Assembly (NCBI GenBank): GCA_963782115.1 | Contig: CAWAIK010000003.1 | Span: 128,001-192,000 of the forward strand | DNA: 64,000 nt | Reading direction: 5' to 3' | From: an uncultured Verrucomicrobiae bacterium | Lineage (GTDB): Bacteria > Verrucomicrobiota > Verrucomicrobiia > Chthoniobacterales > JAFAMB01 | Shown here: positions 50,653-59,947 of the stretch, piece by piece | Numbering within the stretch: position 1 is the stretch's first letter | Layout of the letters: every line of letters begins with the position of its first letter | Notes under the pieces: model-generated | Told to the model about the DNA's origin: nothing | Database searches by the model: none | What the model saw: only the letters and a program-made list of their open reading frames with translations | Program-made: the position numbers and the translations under genes

Positions 50653-52023
50653 CTATACCAACACCAGCAATGCCAGCCCAAATACGATGGTACCGACGAA
50701 AAAGCTCATGACCGTGAATCCCATCACGCGGCGCAGGCTGATCCCTGCGATCGCTAAGACAGGCAATGCCCAGAAGGGCTGGATCATGTTGGTGACTTGC
50801 TCGCCCATGGCGACCGCCATCGCAGTCGCGGCCTGCGACGTTTGAAGCTGAGCAGCCGCCGGGACCGCAAATGGGCCTTGCACCGCCCAATGGCCGCCTC
50901 CACTCGGAATAAACAGACTGATAATCATCGAAGCAATGAAGTTCCAGAACGGTAAGGTGTGAACGTTCGCAAATGCCACGAAAGCTTTGGAGATGACGTC
51001 AGCCAGACCAGTCACCGTCATGATACCCATGATGCCTCCGTAGAGCGGATACTGAAGGATTAACGGTCCGGTAACACGTGCCGCATTGTTGATCGCTTCG
51101 ACGTAAGCAATTGGTGTCCAGTGAAATAGCAGACCGGCGATAAAGAACAGAAAAATAACGGAGTCGATGTCGAGAACGAATCCCGATTTCGCCCAGGTCA
51201 CACCAAGCGCCGCGACGCCGGCAATAACAATTATCAGATTTAGTACCCAGGCTCTTTCGAGGCGGCGTGCCAGAGTCGGCGACTCGACGGCCTTGACGGC
51301 CCGTGCCTGATCTTCCGCGATCAGCCGTGCAGAATCAGCCGGTAGCGTATCCGCTTCCGCAGGCTGGATCGCACAGTACAAAATGGGAATGAGAACCAGT
51401 AACACCAGGACCGGTACAAGGTTAAACGGCGCAAAAACCGTCTCATTCAAAGTCAACACTTTCCCAGTCATCTTCTGGACAACGTTGAGCGCTGAACCTG
51501 GAGTTGCCTGAGCTAACGCTATCGAACTCGACAGACCGCTGGCCCAGATAATCCATCCGGAGTAAGCGGCTGCGGCGAGCCAGCCAAAATCTATCCTGAT
51601 TCTCTTGGCAATTTCACGGGCTAACAGCCCGGCCACCACAAGGCCACATCCCCAGTTCACAAAGGAAGTCACCATCACGGTTATGACCACCACTACGACT
51701 GCACGCTTCGGCGTCGTCGCAATCCCCGCCAAAACGTCCAGCAATCGCCGCACCTGCGGAGAATTCGACAGCGCGTATCCGGTTACCAGAACCAGCACCA
51801 TCTGGAATGCGAATGCCAAGATGTTGAACAGTCCATTATACCATCCGGTAAGAATCATGTCGGCCGACCCTTTCGGCGCAAATATCCCCGCCAACAGCGC
51901 GGTCAGTATCGTGAGCGCTACCGCGAAAACATACGGATCGGGCGTGATTCGTTCGAAAAGATAGAGAAAGAACGAAGTTATCGTCGAGAGGAGTGTGCGC
52001 GGTTTTGACTCCAATGAACTCAC
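50653..52023 (-). CDS. atoE: Short-chain fatty acid transporter (AtoE family)
   Basis: FERITPDPYVFA, LAFAFQMVLVLVTGYAL, AAAYSG, LQYPLYGGIMG, FIPSGGGHWAVQGP, NMIQPFWALP. Start uncertain (GTG 52023). Confidence 0.9.
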   Translation of the reverse strand: MSSLESKPRTLLSTITSFFLYLFERITPDPYVFAVALTILTALLAGIFAPKGSADMILTGWYNGLFNILAFAFQMVLVLVTGYALSNSPQVRRLLDVLAGIATTPKRAVVVVVITVMVTSFVNWGCGLVVAGLLAREIAKRIRIDFGWLAAAAYSGWIIWASGLSSSIALAQATPGSALNVVQKMTGKVLTLNETVFAPFNLVPVLVLLVLIPILYCAIQPAEADTLPADSARLIAEDQARAVKAVESPTLARRLERAWVLNLIIVIAGVAALGVTWAKSGFVLDIDSVIFLFFIAGLLFHWTPIAYVEAINNAARVTGPLILQYPLYGGIMGIMTVTGLADVISKAFVAFANVHTLPFWNFIASMIISLFIPSGGGHWAVQGPFAVPAAAQLQTSQAATAMAVAMGEQVTNMIQPFWALPVLAIAGISLRRVMGFTVMSFFVGTIVFGLALLVLV

Positions 52024-52096
52024 TGGTGTCTTGTATAATGTTTTCTGTTTTTGATAGCCAGGCTTAAAGCGAGCTGCTAAACGTTGCAGCTCTGCC

Positions 52097-52392
52097 ATGG
52101 AGAATGGGCGTTGGTATCCGACCGCGATCACCCTTGAAGATGGAAGTGTACTGGTTTGCTCTGGCCGGTACGCTACCCCTAGTCCGCTATCGCCTCCTCC
52201 TCCGCCGCCGCTGCCCAACACACCTACCAACAACACACCCGAGATCTGGATTGACGGACAGCCAGGATGGACTCGGTTGAGCGATTTCCGCGTCGCCACC
52301 GGGGCGGACTTGACGTTGTTTCCCCGTCTTCATCTGGCACCGGACGGCCGGGTCTTCATGTCAGGCACCAGCGCAGCGAGTTTCTTCTTCGA
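52097..52392 (+). pseudogene. Galactose/glyoxal oxidase-like kelch-repeat shard
   Basis: MENGRWYPTAITLEDGSVLVCSG...LFPRLHLAPDGRVFMSG. Confidence 0.65.
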
Positions 52393-52699
52393 TAGGGATA
52401 ATCACCACGTTCATATTTTCCGTGGTAAAATAGATAGATTCTCCTGGCGAGATTATGCGATGACGCGGGCAAACCGGCACGACAGAGAGATTCGCGCCAC
52501 GGCTTCACCGCCGTCGGCGCTCATTTATCCAACAATGAGCATCCGGCGACGGCATTAACTGATACCTTTGGTCTTTCGGATGGATCAGCGCTTTCTTTAA
52601 TGGAATCGTATTGCCACCGGAGTTCAGTCTGCTGACATGAGGATTCCAGCGGTTTTTGCTAAGAGGCCTTCTTCAGTTCTTTCGCATCTCTTGAGCCAT

Positions 52700-53080
52700 T
52701 CAACGTGATTTTGCTGAAAGCTCTCTGGCCACTTCGATTCCGCGAGAAGTCAAGCTAATCGAATCCGAGATAAGTCCTCGTTCTTTTAGTCGTCTCAGTG
52801 AGCGGCTTAGCGACGTTCGAGCGGCATTTGCTTTTTCCGGTCCCACCGCCGCTTTGTCCATAACGAGCCATTTATGCCCGTAGTCGTTCCTTTGCGTTCG
52901 AAGCGGAATCTTAAAGTAGTCTCGTAAAACGTAGATTCTCAAAAGGTGAACGGGCGGTAAATAACTGATACGGCGATATTTCTTAGGCTCGTCCGACCCT
53001 GCTTCAATGATTTCGCCGTAAGCTTCGATCAGAATCCAGCGCTGCAGCGGGGAAAGCTTTTCTTCAGGGATCCAGAGCAT
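52700..53080 (-). CDS. Hypothetical protein with C-terminal winged-helix-like segment
   Basis: ARTSLSRSLRRLKERGLI...LTSRGIEVA; 126 aa. Confidence 0.6.
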   Translation of the reverse strand: MLWIPEEKLSPLQRWILIEAYGEIIEAGSDEPKKYRRISYLPPVHLLRIYVLRDYFKIPLRTQRNDYGHKWLVMDKAAVGPEKANAARTSLSRSLRRLKERGLISDSISLTSRGIEVARELSAKSR

Positions 53081-53367
53081 AATAAAGGAACGTTACACCA
53101 TTTGCCGTGCCAATTTTTTAGTTGAATCCGATATTCTCATTGCATCAATTTCCAGCCATCACACGGACCGAACTCGTCGCCGCTCGCAGTTTGGCGATTT
53201 TCTCAACCTAATCGCGTAACAGCCCCGTCAGCAATACTACTCTCGGATTAGTTGAAACTGACGCCAATACCCCTTACGGAAGTCGCGGCGTGGGGAAAAG
53301 CAGTCGCTGAGGTCTACGAGAACGAGCTTGTTTCGTTGAATCTATTCTAGGAGGGCGGTCACTGGAG

Positions 53368-53671
53368 CTACGGACGGAGCCAGGCAAACGCGTCGGCCTG
53401 CATGGCGACGTCAAACTTGTGCGGGCCATCATAGAATTTTCCCACGTAACCGTTCGGCCCGCCCAATTTGGTCATAGTGAAGGGCGATGCGCTGATGAGC
53501 GGCTTGCATGCCTTGGATGGGAAACAGACGATCGTGGCGATCGTATTGCACGAGCAGGGGCGACGGTGCTCGACTTGCCGCAAGGTCAGGCCAGTCCGAC
53601 CGCGCCAGACCGGGCGGAAAGAACATCCAAGTGTGGCACTCCACCTGATGGTCCAACAGATCCGATTTCAT
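53368..53671 (-). pseudogene. Alpha/beta hydrolase (dienelactone hydrolase-like) C-terminal shard
   Basis: DWPDLAASRAPSPLLVQYDRHDRLFP, frameshift, YVGKFYDGPHKFDVAMQADAFAWL. Confidence 0.6.
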
Positions 53672-53790
53672 AACGCTCAGCCTGAGTTGGTTTCAAAGCG
53701 GTTTTTCGCGATCTCTGCCAATTTGCCCAGATGAGCAAGGTCCGTAGACATGGGTTACTCGTAATCGACGGTGCATGGATTGCCATCCAG

Positions 53791-53826
53791 AACCATCCTG
53801 AACAGGTTCTTTACTTCGCGCCGTAC
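53791..53826. mobile_element. Degenerate solo IS4-like terminal repeat
   Basis: AACCATCCTGAACAGGTTCTTTACTTCGCGCCGTAC compared with AACCATCCCAAACCCTGCTTAACTTCGCGCCATTC (reverse complement of the 44417 end). Confidence 0.4.
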
Positions 53827-53871
53827 TGCTACTCGAAAGTTCGAAACGGGCTCCGGCTCGTGCGTAGCCCT

Positions 53872-55267
53872 CTACAATCCATCGTTTATGAAAGGCGGCA
53901 CGTGGCGTCCGTGCGTGTCGATCCTGGCAGGCGGCGGCGCGTGCGGTTGGACATGTTTCGGAATAGCCGCCTCGATGAAGACATTCGCCTGAAGGTTAGG
54001 CGTGTCGGCATTTCGCTCCATAATATCTGCAAGCGTCGTGTTTGAGATCATGGAGGCGGTTTGCCGATCAAATCCTTCATTCATCCAGAAGAAGCGATCT
54101 CCCGCCCTTAGAGCTTGAAACTGGTCTGCGATAATCGCTTGGAAAGTAGGGCCTACGATAGCTCCGGAAGCATGATTCTCCGCCAAACCGCCTATGAACA
54201 AGTCGACATTGTCGATGGAGCCGTAGACTGCCTGAAGGTTTCCCTGCAGAACAGGGTCCCTGGTCAATTGCGCGAACGAATTGTATCGCTTCAACCCGAG
54301 CGCCCGCCGCGTCTCGTTCAGCGTGCCCAGGCCCACATCCCTCTCACGCTGTATATCGATCGCGATGAGATCGATTTCATCCACATCGCCGCCGACCAGG
54401 GTCGCAAAGAGCAAGTTCCGAAGCGCCGCCACCACGTAAACGTCGGTCGCTTGAGCGAAATCCACACCGAGAGAGCGCAGGAGCGGGTTGATGCCGTTGG
54501 CCTCATCGATTTCGGGCGTATTGAAGAATGCCTGCGCCAAGGACTCCGTGAAGACTACGTTTCCCTCGTTATCCAGCCCCTCTTGCGTGTCCGATACCTC
54601 CGAATGGCCCATACGAAAAGCGGCGGTGGAAAACTCCTGCGTCACCTGGGCGTTTATAGTCGGGTCATAACCACGGTATGCTCCCAACACCGGCCCGATC
54701 AGAAGAGGCAGATACTCCGTATAAACGATGTTTTGATATTCCGCCGTGGTGATCGCTTTCGCCATATTGTAAAGCTGGTCGCCTGTCCAGTCGGGATGTT
54801 GAGCTTTGAGGGCGCCAACCCAGAAGTTGTGCTCGCGCATAAACAGGATCGTCAGTGCGGTCAGCTCCGGGTTCTCCATCACCCGTGGATCGCCGGTAAC
54901 GAACGAGTCATTTACCACCGGGAGCGCCTGGCCATTGTCGGAGGTGATCAATGTTCCGTCGGCGTTGCGCAGGCTGGCGGCAATCGCGAGTCCTGGCGTT
55001 CGGGCCGTCCACTAATCCGTCATTCGTTCCTGGAGCGAAATTAAGCGGGGCTAAGGCAATTTCGGGAGTGTTAGGTAGGACATCCAGATCCGGATTTCTG
55101 AGGTTGTTGCCGGAACCGCCGATCGGGCGAAACTGTCCCAGGAGGCTTATTTGAGGACCACCCCCTGGTGGGCTACTTCCCTCCGGAAGATCGGCCGCTC
55201 TTGCCGCTCCCATCGCAAAAAATAACAAACATGTCAAGGTTTTCGGAATGAGTTTGGAAGTCATCAT
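53872..55267 (-). pseudogene. Secreted animal-type heme peroxidase with internal deletion and frameshift at ~54990
   Basis: Signal peptide, FRPIGGSGNN, GPNART, out-of-frame jump to GDPRVMENPEL...FMREHN, EFSTAAFRMGHS, IDIQRERDVG, VDLFIGGLAE, GDRFF. The distal-His region (QFxDHD) is missing. Confidence 0.85.
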
Positions 55268-55688
55268 CAAAGGCTTTTTGAGTTTCGCAAAGGAAGAGTA
55301 CTCGACAGTTCTGTGCGGTATCTCCTGCGTTTGTTGAAATCGCAAAACAAGCTTATTTTTGCGCATGGGTTTCCATTTTAGATAGAATCAGGACATACTG
55401 CAAGCAATTCTGAAAACAAAATACAAAAAACGGTCAGAATTTTTTCAGAGATACTGTGACTTGCTGCCAGCCTTCTCACTCGAACAGACTTGGTGGCCAT
55501 TACCATTCGCGCGCGCTACTCGGCCATGACAGCGTCCTCAGCAACCATCTCCGCCAGTGCGGGAATACTTGTGTCTCATCCAGGAGATATCGGTCTGGGT
55601 CAGCATCCGGCACTTCAAATAGCGCGTTAAGTCGACGCGAATAAAATGTTCTTTCAACCGGGCGTGTTATGCTAGCGAAACGAGCAAT

Positions 55689-56369
55689 ATGCGATGCCTT
55701 GTAATCGAGGATGAAGCGGATACTGCCCGATACATCTCCAATGGGCTCAAAGAGGCAGGCTTTACGGTGAGGTGGTGCCGCGACGGCCTCGATGGTCTTC
55801 ACCTTGCCGCCGGCGAGCGTTGGGATATTGTCATTTTGGACCGAATGCTACCGGGCGAGGTCGACGGTTTATCGATTGTCCAAACTATTCGGGACCTTCG
55901 TAAGACGACGCCTATCCTGGTCCTTAGCGCATTGACCAGTTTAGATGAGCGCGTCCGAGGGCTCCGCAGCGGTGGCGATGATTACCTGACCAAGCCCTTT
56001 GCGTTCTCCGAGCTTCTCGCGCGGGTCCAAGCGCTACTGCGCCGATCTGGTATGCGAGAAGACGTGTCGGAACTGTGGATTGCCGACCTGAAACTTGACC
56101 TGGGGAAGCGCAGGGTAGAGCGAGCCACCAAGCCGATCGCCCTCCAACCCCGCGAGTTCCGGCTTCTCGAATACCTGCTCCGTCACCAAGGAGAGGTGGT
56201 TACGCGTACCATGCTCCTTGAGACGGTCTGGGACTATCATTTTGATCCGCAGACCAACGTCATCGATGTCCAGATCAGCCGACTCCGGCAAAAGATAGAC
56301 AAAGACTTTTCTCCCCCGCTGCTCCATACGGTGCGCGGGGTCGGGTACATGATCTGCGTCAATGAATAA
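55689..56369 (+). CDS. OmpR-family response regulator (CusR/CzcR-like)
   Basis: ILDRMLP, GGDDYLTKPFAFSELLAR, VWDYHFDPQTNVIDVQISRLR, TVRGVGY. Confidence 0.93.
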   Translation: MRCLVIEDEADTARYISNGLKEAGFTVRWCRDGLDGLHLAAGERWDIVILDRMLPGEVDGLSIVQTIRDLRKTTPILVLSALTSLDERVRGLRSGGDDYLTKPFAFSELLARVQALLRRSGMREDVSELWIADLKLDLGKRRVERATKPIALQPREFRLLEYLLRHQGEVVTRTMLLETVWDYHFDPQTNVIDVQISRLRQKIDKDFSPPLLHTVRGVGYMICVNE

Positions 56370-57780
56370 ACTTTTAAATACCGTTACTTTTCGCTTGGCA
56401 ATGGGCTACGGCGCGCTGGTGTTGGGCGCGGTAGCGGTAATTTCGGCGGTTTTATATTTTGGGACTGTCGGCGTTCTGGTCCCTGGGATTGACACGAAAC
56501 TCTTTGCCATCTCCGAGCGGCTTACCACCCACTTCGAAACTCGCGGGATCGCGGCACTTGAGCAGGAGATACAGCAGCTCCTGACGGACGGCATAGACCA
56601 GGATACGGAGGTCTATCTCCTTGTCGGACCGGACGGAAAAAAGCTTGCCGGCAATCTTTCCGGATGGCCCAGCAGTAAGATGCCACTGGATCGTCTGACG
56701 GATCAGATGGTAACCCGTTACGGTCGTGCGTCGAGCAGTCGGGTCCTGCCGCACGAATTGCCGAACGGCGCCACCCTGCTCGTTGGCCGCGATATGGAGG
56801 ATGTCCATGAGATCGCGCAACTCGTGTTGCGCGCTCTCATTGTCGGAGGCGCTATTGCCGTGCTGCTGGCAATCGGAGGTGCCGTCTTCTTCCGCCAGCA
56901 ACTCGAGCATCGGGTGGCTGCGATCCGCCGAACGGTTTTGGAGATCGAAGCAGGAGACTTGAGCCGCCGCATCCCGGTCTCGGACGCGGAGGACGAATTC
57001 ACTCGGCTGAATCGCGACATCAATCACATGCTTGACCGAATTCAACACTTGATGGATGGCGTACGTGAGGTTTCTAACTCGGTTGCCCACGATCTTCGAA
57101 CGCCGTTGGGCCGCATCCGAAGCCTACTTGATGAGGCACTTCGACCCGGGACCACGATTGAGACGGTCACTAAAACAGCGGGCGCTGCTATTCGAGAGAT
57201 TGATGAGTTAACCATTGTTTTCGACAAGTTGCTGCAGATCGCGGAGGCAGAGTCAGGCACCCGGCGCCAATCCTTCCAGCCAATTTCGCTCAGGGAAATT
57301 GTCACTGGAGTGGTCGAGCTTTACGATGCCGCCGCAGAGGCAAAGGGCATTGAGCTGGTCGTCGATATCGATGGCGAACCAACCGCGCTCGGTGACAAAG
57401 ATCTTTTGGCCAGCGCGACCGCGAACCTGATCGACAACGCGCTCAAGTACGCCGGCAACTCGGCAACGGTGCAGGTTCGAGCGACCCAAGGACGAAACAC
57501 CGTGGCAATAGTCGTTCAGGACAACGGCCAGGGCATCCCGGCCGAGGAACGAGCAAAGGTGGTTACGCGTTTCTACCGTCTTGATCGGAGCCGGAGCCTC
57601 CCGGGTAACGGCCTCGGCCTGCCCATCGTGGCGGCCATCAGCTATTTGCATTCCGGGAGGCTCTCCTTGGAGGACGTCGGCCCAGGCCTTAGCGCGCGCA
57701 TCGTCTTGCCGCGAGTGAATCCTCTAACCTTGCCAAACGGTAATGTATTGCAAACGGTCAGGATAGCTACAGCCGAGTAG
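56362..57780 (+). CDS. HAMP-domain sensor histidine kinase
   Basis: Two TMs, HAMP, VAHDLRTPL, NLIDNALKY, DNGQG, GNGLGL. Confidence 0.92.
   Translation: MNKLLNTVTFRLAMGYGALVLGAVAVISAVLYFGTVGVLVPGIDTKLFAISERLTTHFETRGIAALEQEIQQLLTDGIDQDTEVYLLVGPDGKKLAGNLSGWPSSKMPLDRLTDQMVTRYGRASSSRVLPHELPNGATLLVGRDMEDVHEIAQLVLRALIVGGAIAVLLAIGGAVFFRQQLEHRVAAIRRTVLEIEAGDLSRRIPVSDAEDEFTRLNRDINHMLDRIQHLMDGVREVSNSVAHDLRTPLGRIRSLLDEALRPGTTIETVTKTAGAAIREIDELTIVFDKLLQIAEAESGTRRQSFQPISLREIVTGVVELYDAAAEAKGIELVVDIDGEPTALGDKDLLASATANLIDNALKYAGNSATVQVRATQGRNTVAIVVQDNGQGIPAEERAKVVTRFYRLDRSRSLPGNGLGLPIVAAISYLHSGRLSLEDVGPGLSARIVLPRVNPLTLPNGNVLQTVRIATAE
57729..57758 (+). promoter_or_regulatory. Possible response-regulator box inside the kinase 3' end
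   Basis: CTTGC-N6-GTAAT (resembles ATTAC-N6-GTAAT CzcR-type boxes) and direct repeat CAAACGGT at 57734 and 57751. Confidence 0.35.
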
Positions 57781-57828
57781 AATTACGCCCGCTCGCTTGA
57801 CAGTGAGCCGAACAAGAAGAGCGGGACC

Positions 57829-58038
57829 ATGCAAGAATTCCGACAATCACCTTTCGCCCGCATACTGGCGGGCTGGACACAGTTGCTCAGTGTTGTTGCC
57901 GGAATGGCAGTATTCCCGGCGAGCCGCCAAACCCTTTGGCCAGTGATTTTGGGCATGCCCTTAAGCTTCGCAGCGCTTTCTCTGCTGATGCTTCCGGGCG
58001 CAAACTCGAACCTCCTCAAGGAGTCAATCTTACGATAA
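57829..58038 (+). CDS. Small hypothetical membrane protein
   Basis: 69 aa with two hydrophobic stretches, co-oriented with the operon. Confidence 0.35.
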   Translation: MQEFRQSPFARILAGWTQLLSVVAGMAVFPASRQTLWPVILGMPLSFAALSLLMLPGANSNLLKESILR

Positions 58039-58080
58039 ACCCAAATTAAGCTACTAAACCACTAGGAGCCTAGACGCCTT

Positions 58081-58464
58081 GTGAGGACTCGCAATCTGCT
58101 GATCCCTCTGGTCATCATCAACCTCGTATGCCCTGCGCCGCCGACTCTGGCGCTTTCGATAAGGGGTCGTCACGTTACAGGCATCATTCAGAAAGTCGAT
58201 GCCCAAGCACGAGAAGCTGAGCTCTTGCCACCCGGTAAGGCAAAGCCACTCAGGTTTACCTGGGACCGCCAGACGCAATTCGTACCGGGTCTACAGTTTG
58301 TTGACGCCGCGATGCTCAGGCCTGGAGCCCTGGTCGAAATTATTTGCTACCATCCATTCTTCGGTGACACCTACGTCACGAAAGTGACGCTCTTATCGCG
58401 GTCATTACACCAAACAGAAAGGACACACGCTTGCGCTCTCCCGACGGCGGCTCCGACGTTCTAG
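58081..58464 (+). CDS. Hypothetical exported protein, possible OB-fold
   Basis: Signal peptide, then VTGIIQKVD...LRFTWDRQTQF...LRPGALVEI beta pattern; AGGAG upstream. Confidence 0.55.
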   Translation: MRTRNLLIPLVIINLVCPAPPTLALSIRGRHVTGIIQKVDAQAREAELLPPGKAKPLRFTWDRQTQFVPGLQFVDAAMLRPGALVEIICYHPFFGDTYVTKVTLLSRSLHQTERTHACALPTAAPTF

Positions 58465-58593
58465 CTCCCTCCGATTCGGCTCGCTCTACTTTCGCATGGT
58501 AGGCCGATCTATTACGAGGGCTCTCTCGGTGTTGAACTCCGGGGAAAGGTGCACCACTGATCGATGCCATACCAATCTGAAAGCCTTACAAGC

Positions 58594-59886
58594 ATGATTC
58601 GCTCTCTTCCATTGTTCGTATCCTGCTGGTTAGCCTTAGCTGTTAGTTGCTCGGCTAGAGATAAGCGCCCTGGTTCCGATTCTGGCACCTCCAGAAAAAT
58701 AACGCTGAGGGGATTCCTGAGCAAAGTTGCCACCGCCAATCTAGACTACGCTGCCCAACGTTACAATGTTTCCATTGCCAAAGCCCAGATCGCTGCCGCG
58801 AATGTTTCACCCAATCCAACGGTCAGCTTTGCCTACACAACTGCTGACCAGAGTCAGCCATCGATCTACAGCGGAGGGGTCAGCCAAACTATCGAAATGG
58901 GCGGAAAGCGCAGCCGTCGAGTTGCCGTCGCGGAAGGTAGTTATTTGACTGCCGCCGCAACACTGGATGACTTCTTTCGGACGCTGCGCGGAACCGCGTC
59001 CAGTGCTTTTATTGACGCCGTAGCCGACCGTATGATCGTCGCCCAGAAGAGGAACTCTTATGACGCACTGGATAAGCTCGCGACCACCAACGAGAAGCGC
59101 TTCCGAGCGGGCGACATCGACGAGGTGGACGCGAACCAGGCCCGTGTCGATGCTTTACAGGCTCTCGATGACCTTCATTCCTCGGAATCCGATGCGGCGA
59201 CGGCGGCGGTGATGCTCGTACAACTGATGGGGACTTCAGGCGCGGCGATACCTACCCCGGTTAGTAAATTGGAGTACAGAGTGAAAGATTTCGACCAACA
59301 AAGTCTCCTGGCCCAGGCTTTGCAAAAGCGTCCCGACGTCGTGGCGGCTCGGCATGCTTTCGAGTCAGCGCAAGCCAGCGTCAAGCTCGCGCAAGCAAAC
59401 CGCTATCCAGACCTAACTGTTGGAGTGCAGTTCGCCCAAACGACCGCGACAACCAATCCGATCAATCCAAGTCCGACCTTTAATAGTACAAATCTCTCCG
59501 TTTCTATTCCATTGCCTCTTTTTAATTCCTACCGTGGAGAATACGAAGCCGCCGTTAGAATGGCCCTCCAATCCGAGACGACCCTTAAGTCAGTCACGTT
59601 AAAGGCCGAAGTGGACGTTCGAACAAATTTTAGACGCTATGAATTGGCCGAGACCAGACTCGCGCAGTATCGAGGTGCGGCACTTGAACTCGCTGACAAG
59701 GTCCTGGAAGCCAAGCTGATCAGTTACCGGAAAGGGGCCGCCACCCTGCTGGATGTTTTAGTTGCGCAAACAGAAGACAATACTGTCCACCTCGCGTATA
59801 TAGCCGCCCTCACGGAACGGGCCAAGGCTTTAGTGGCGTTAGAGCAAGCCGCGGCGATTTGGGACTTGGACGATGAACTGGAATAG
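58594..59886 (+). CDS. TolC-family outer membrane factor (CzcC-like)
   Basis: LAVSC lipobox, PNPTV, QTIEMGGKR, ALQKRPDV, SIPLPLFN, SYRKGAATLLDVL. Alternative start at 58564. Confidence 0.88.
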   Translation: MIRSLPLFVSCWLALAVSCSARDKRPGSDSGTSRKITLRGFLSKVATANLDYAAQRYNVSIAKAQIAAANVSPNPTVSFAYTTADQSQPSIYSGGVSQTIEMGGKRSRRVAVAEGSYLTAAATLDDFFRTLRGTASSAFIDAVADRMIVAQKRNSYDALDKLATTNEKRFRAGDIDEVDANQARVDALQALDDLHSSESDAATAAVMLVQLMGTSGAAIPTPVSKLEYRVKDFDQQSLLAQALQKRPDVVAARHAFESAQASVKLAQANRYPDLTVGVQFAQTTATTNPINPSPTFNSTNLSVSIPLPLFNSYRGEYEAAVRMALQSETTLKSVTLKAEVDVRTNFRRYELAETRLAQYRGAALELADKVLEAKLISYRKGAATLLDVLVAQTEDNTVHLAYIAALTERAKALVALEQAAAIWDLDDELE

Positions 59887-59947
59887 AGGCAGGGTTTTGT
59901 AAGTCATTTTTTCTCTGCCGACCAATCACGCAGAAGTCGTTAATACT

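Noticed and set aside
52024..52299. Gly-rich N-terminal extension of AtoE
   Set aside because: It is the antisense reading of the poly-Pro oxidase shard; AtoE homology starts near 52020.
54115..55044. 309-aa plus-strand ORF
   Set aside because: Antisense shadow of the heme peroxidase with no motifs of its own.
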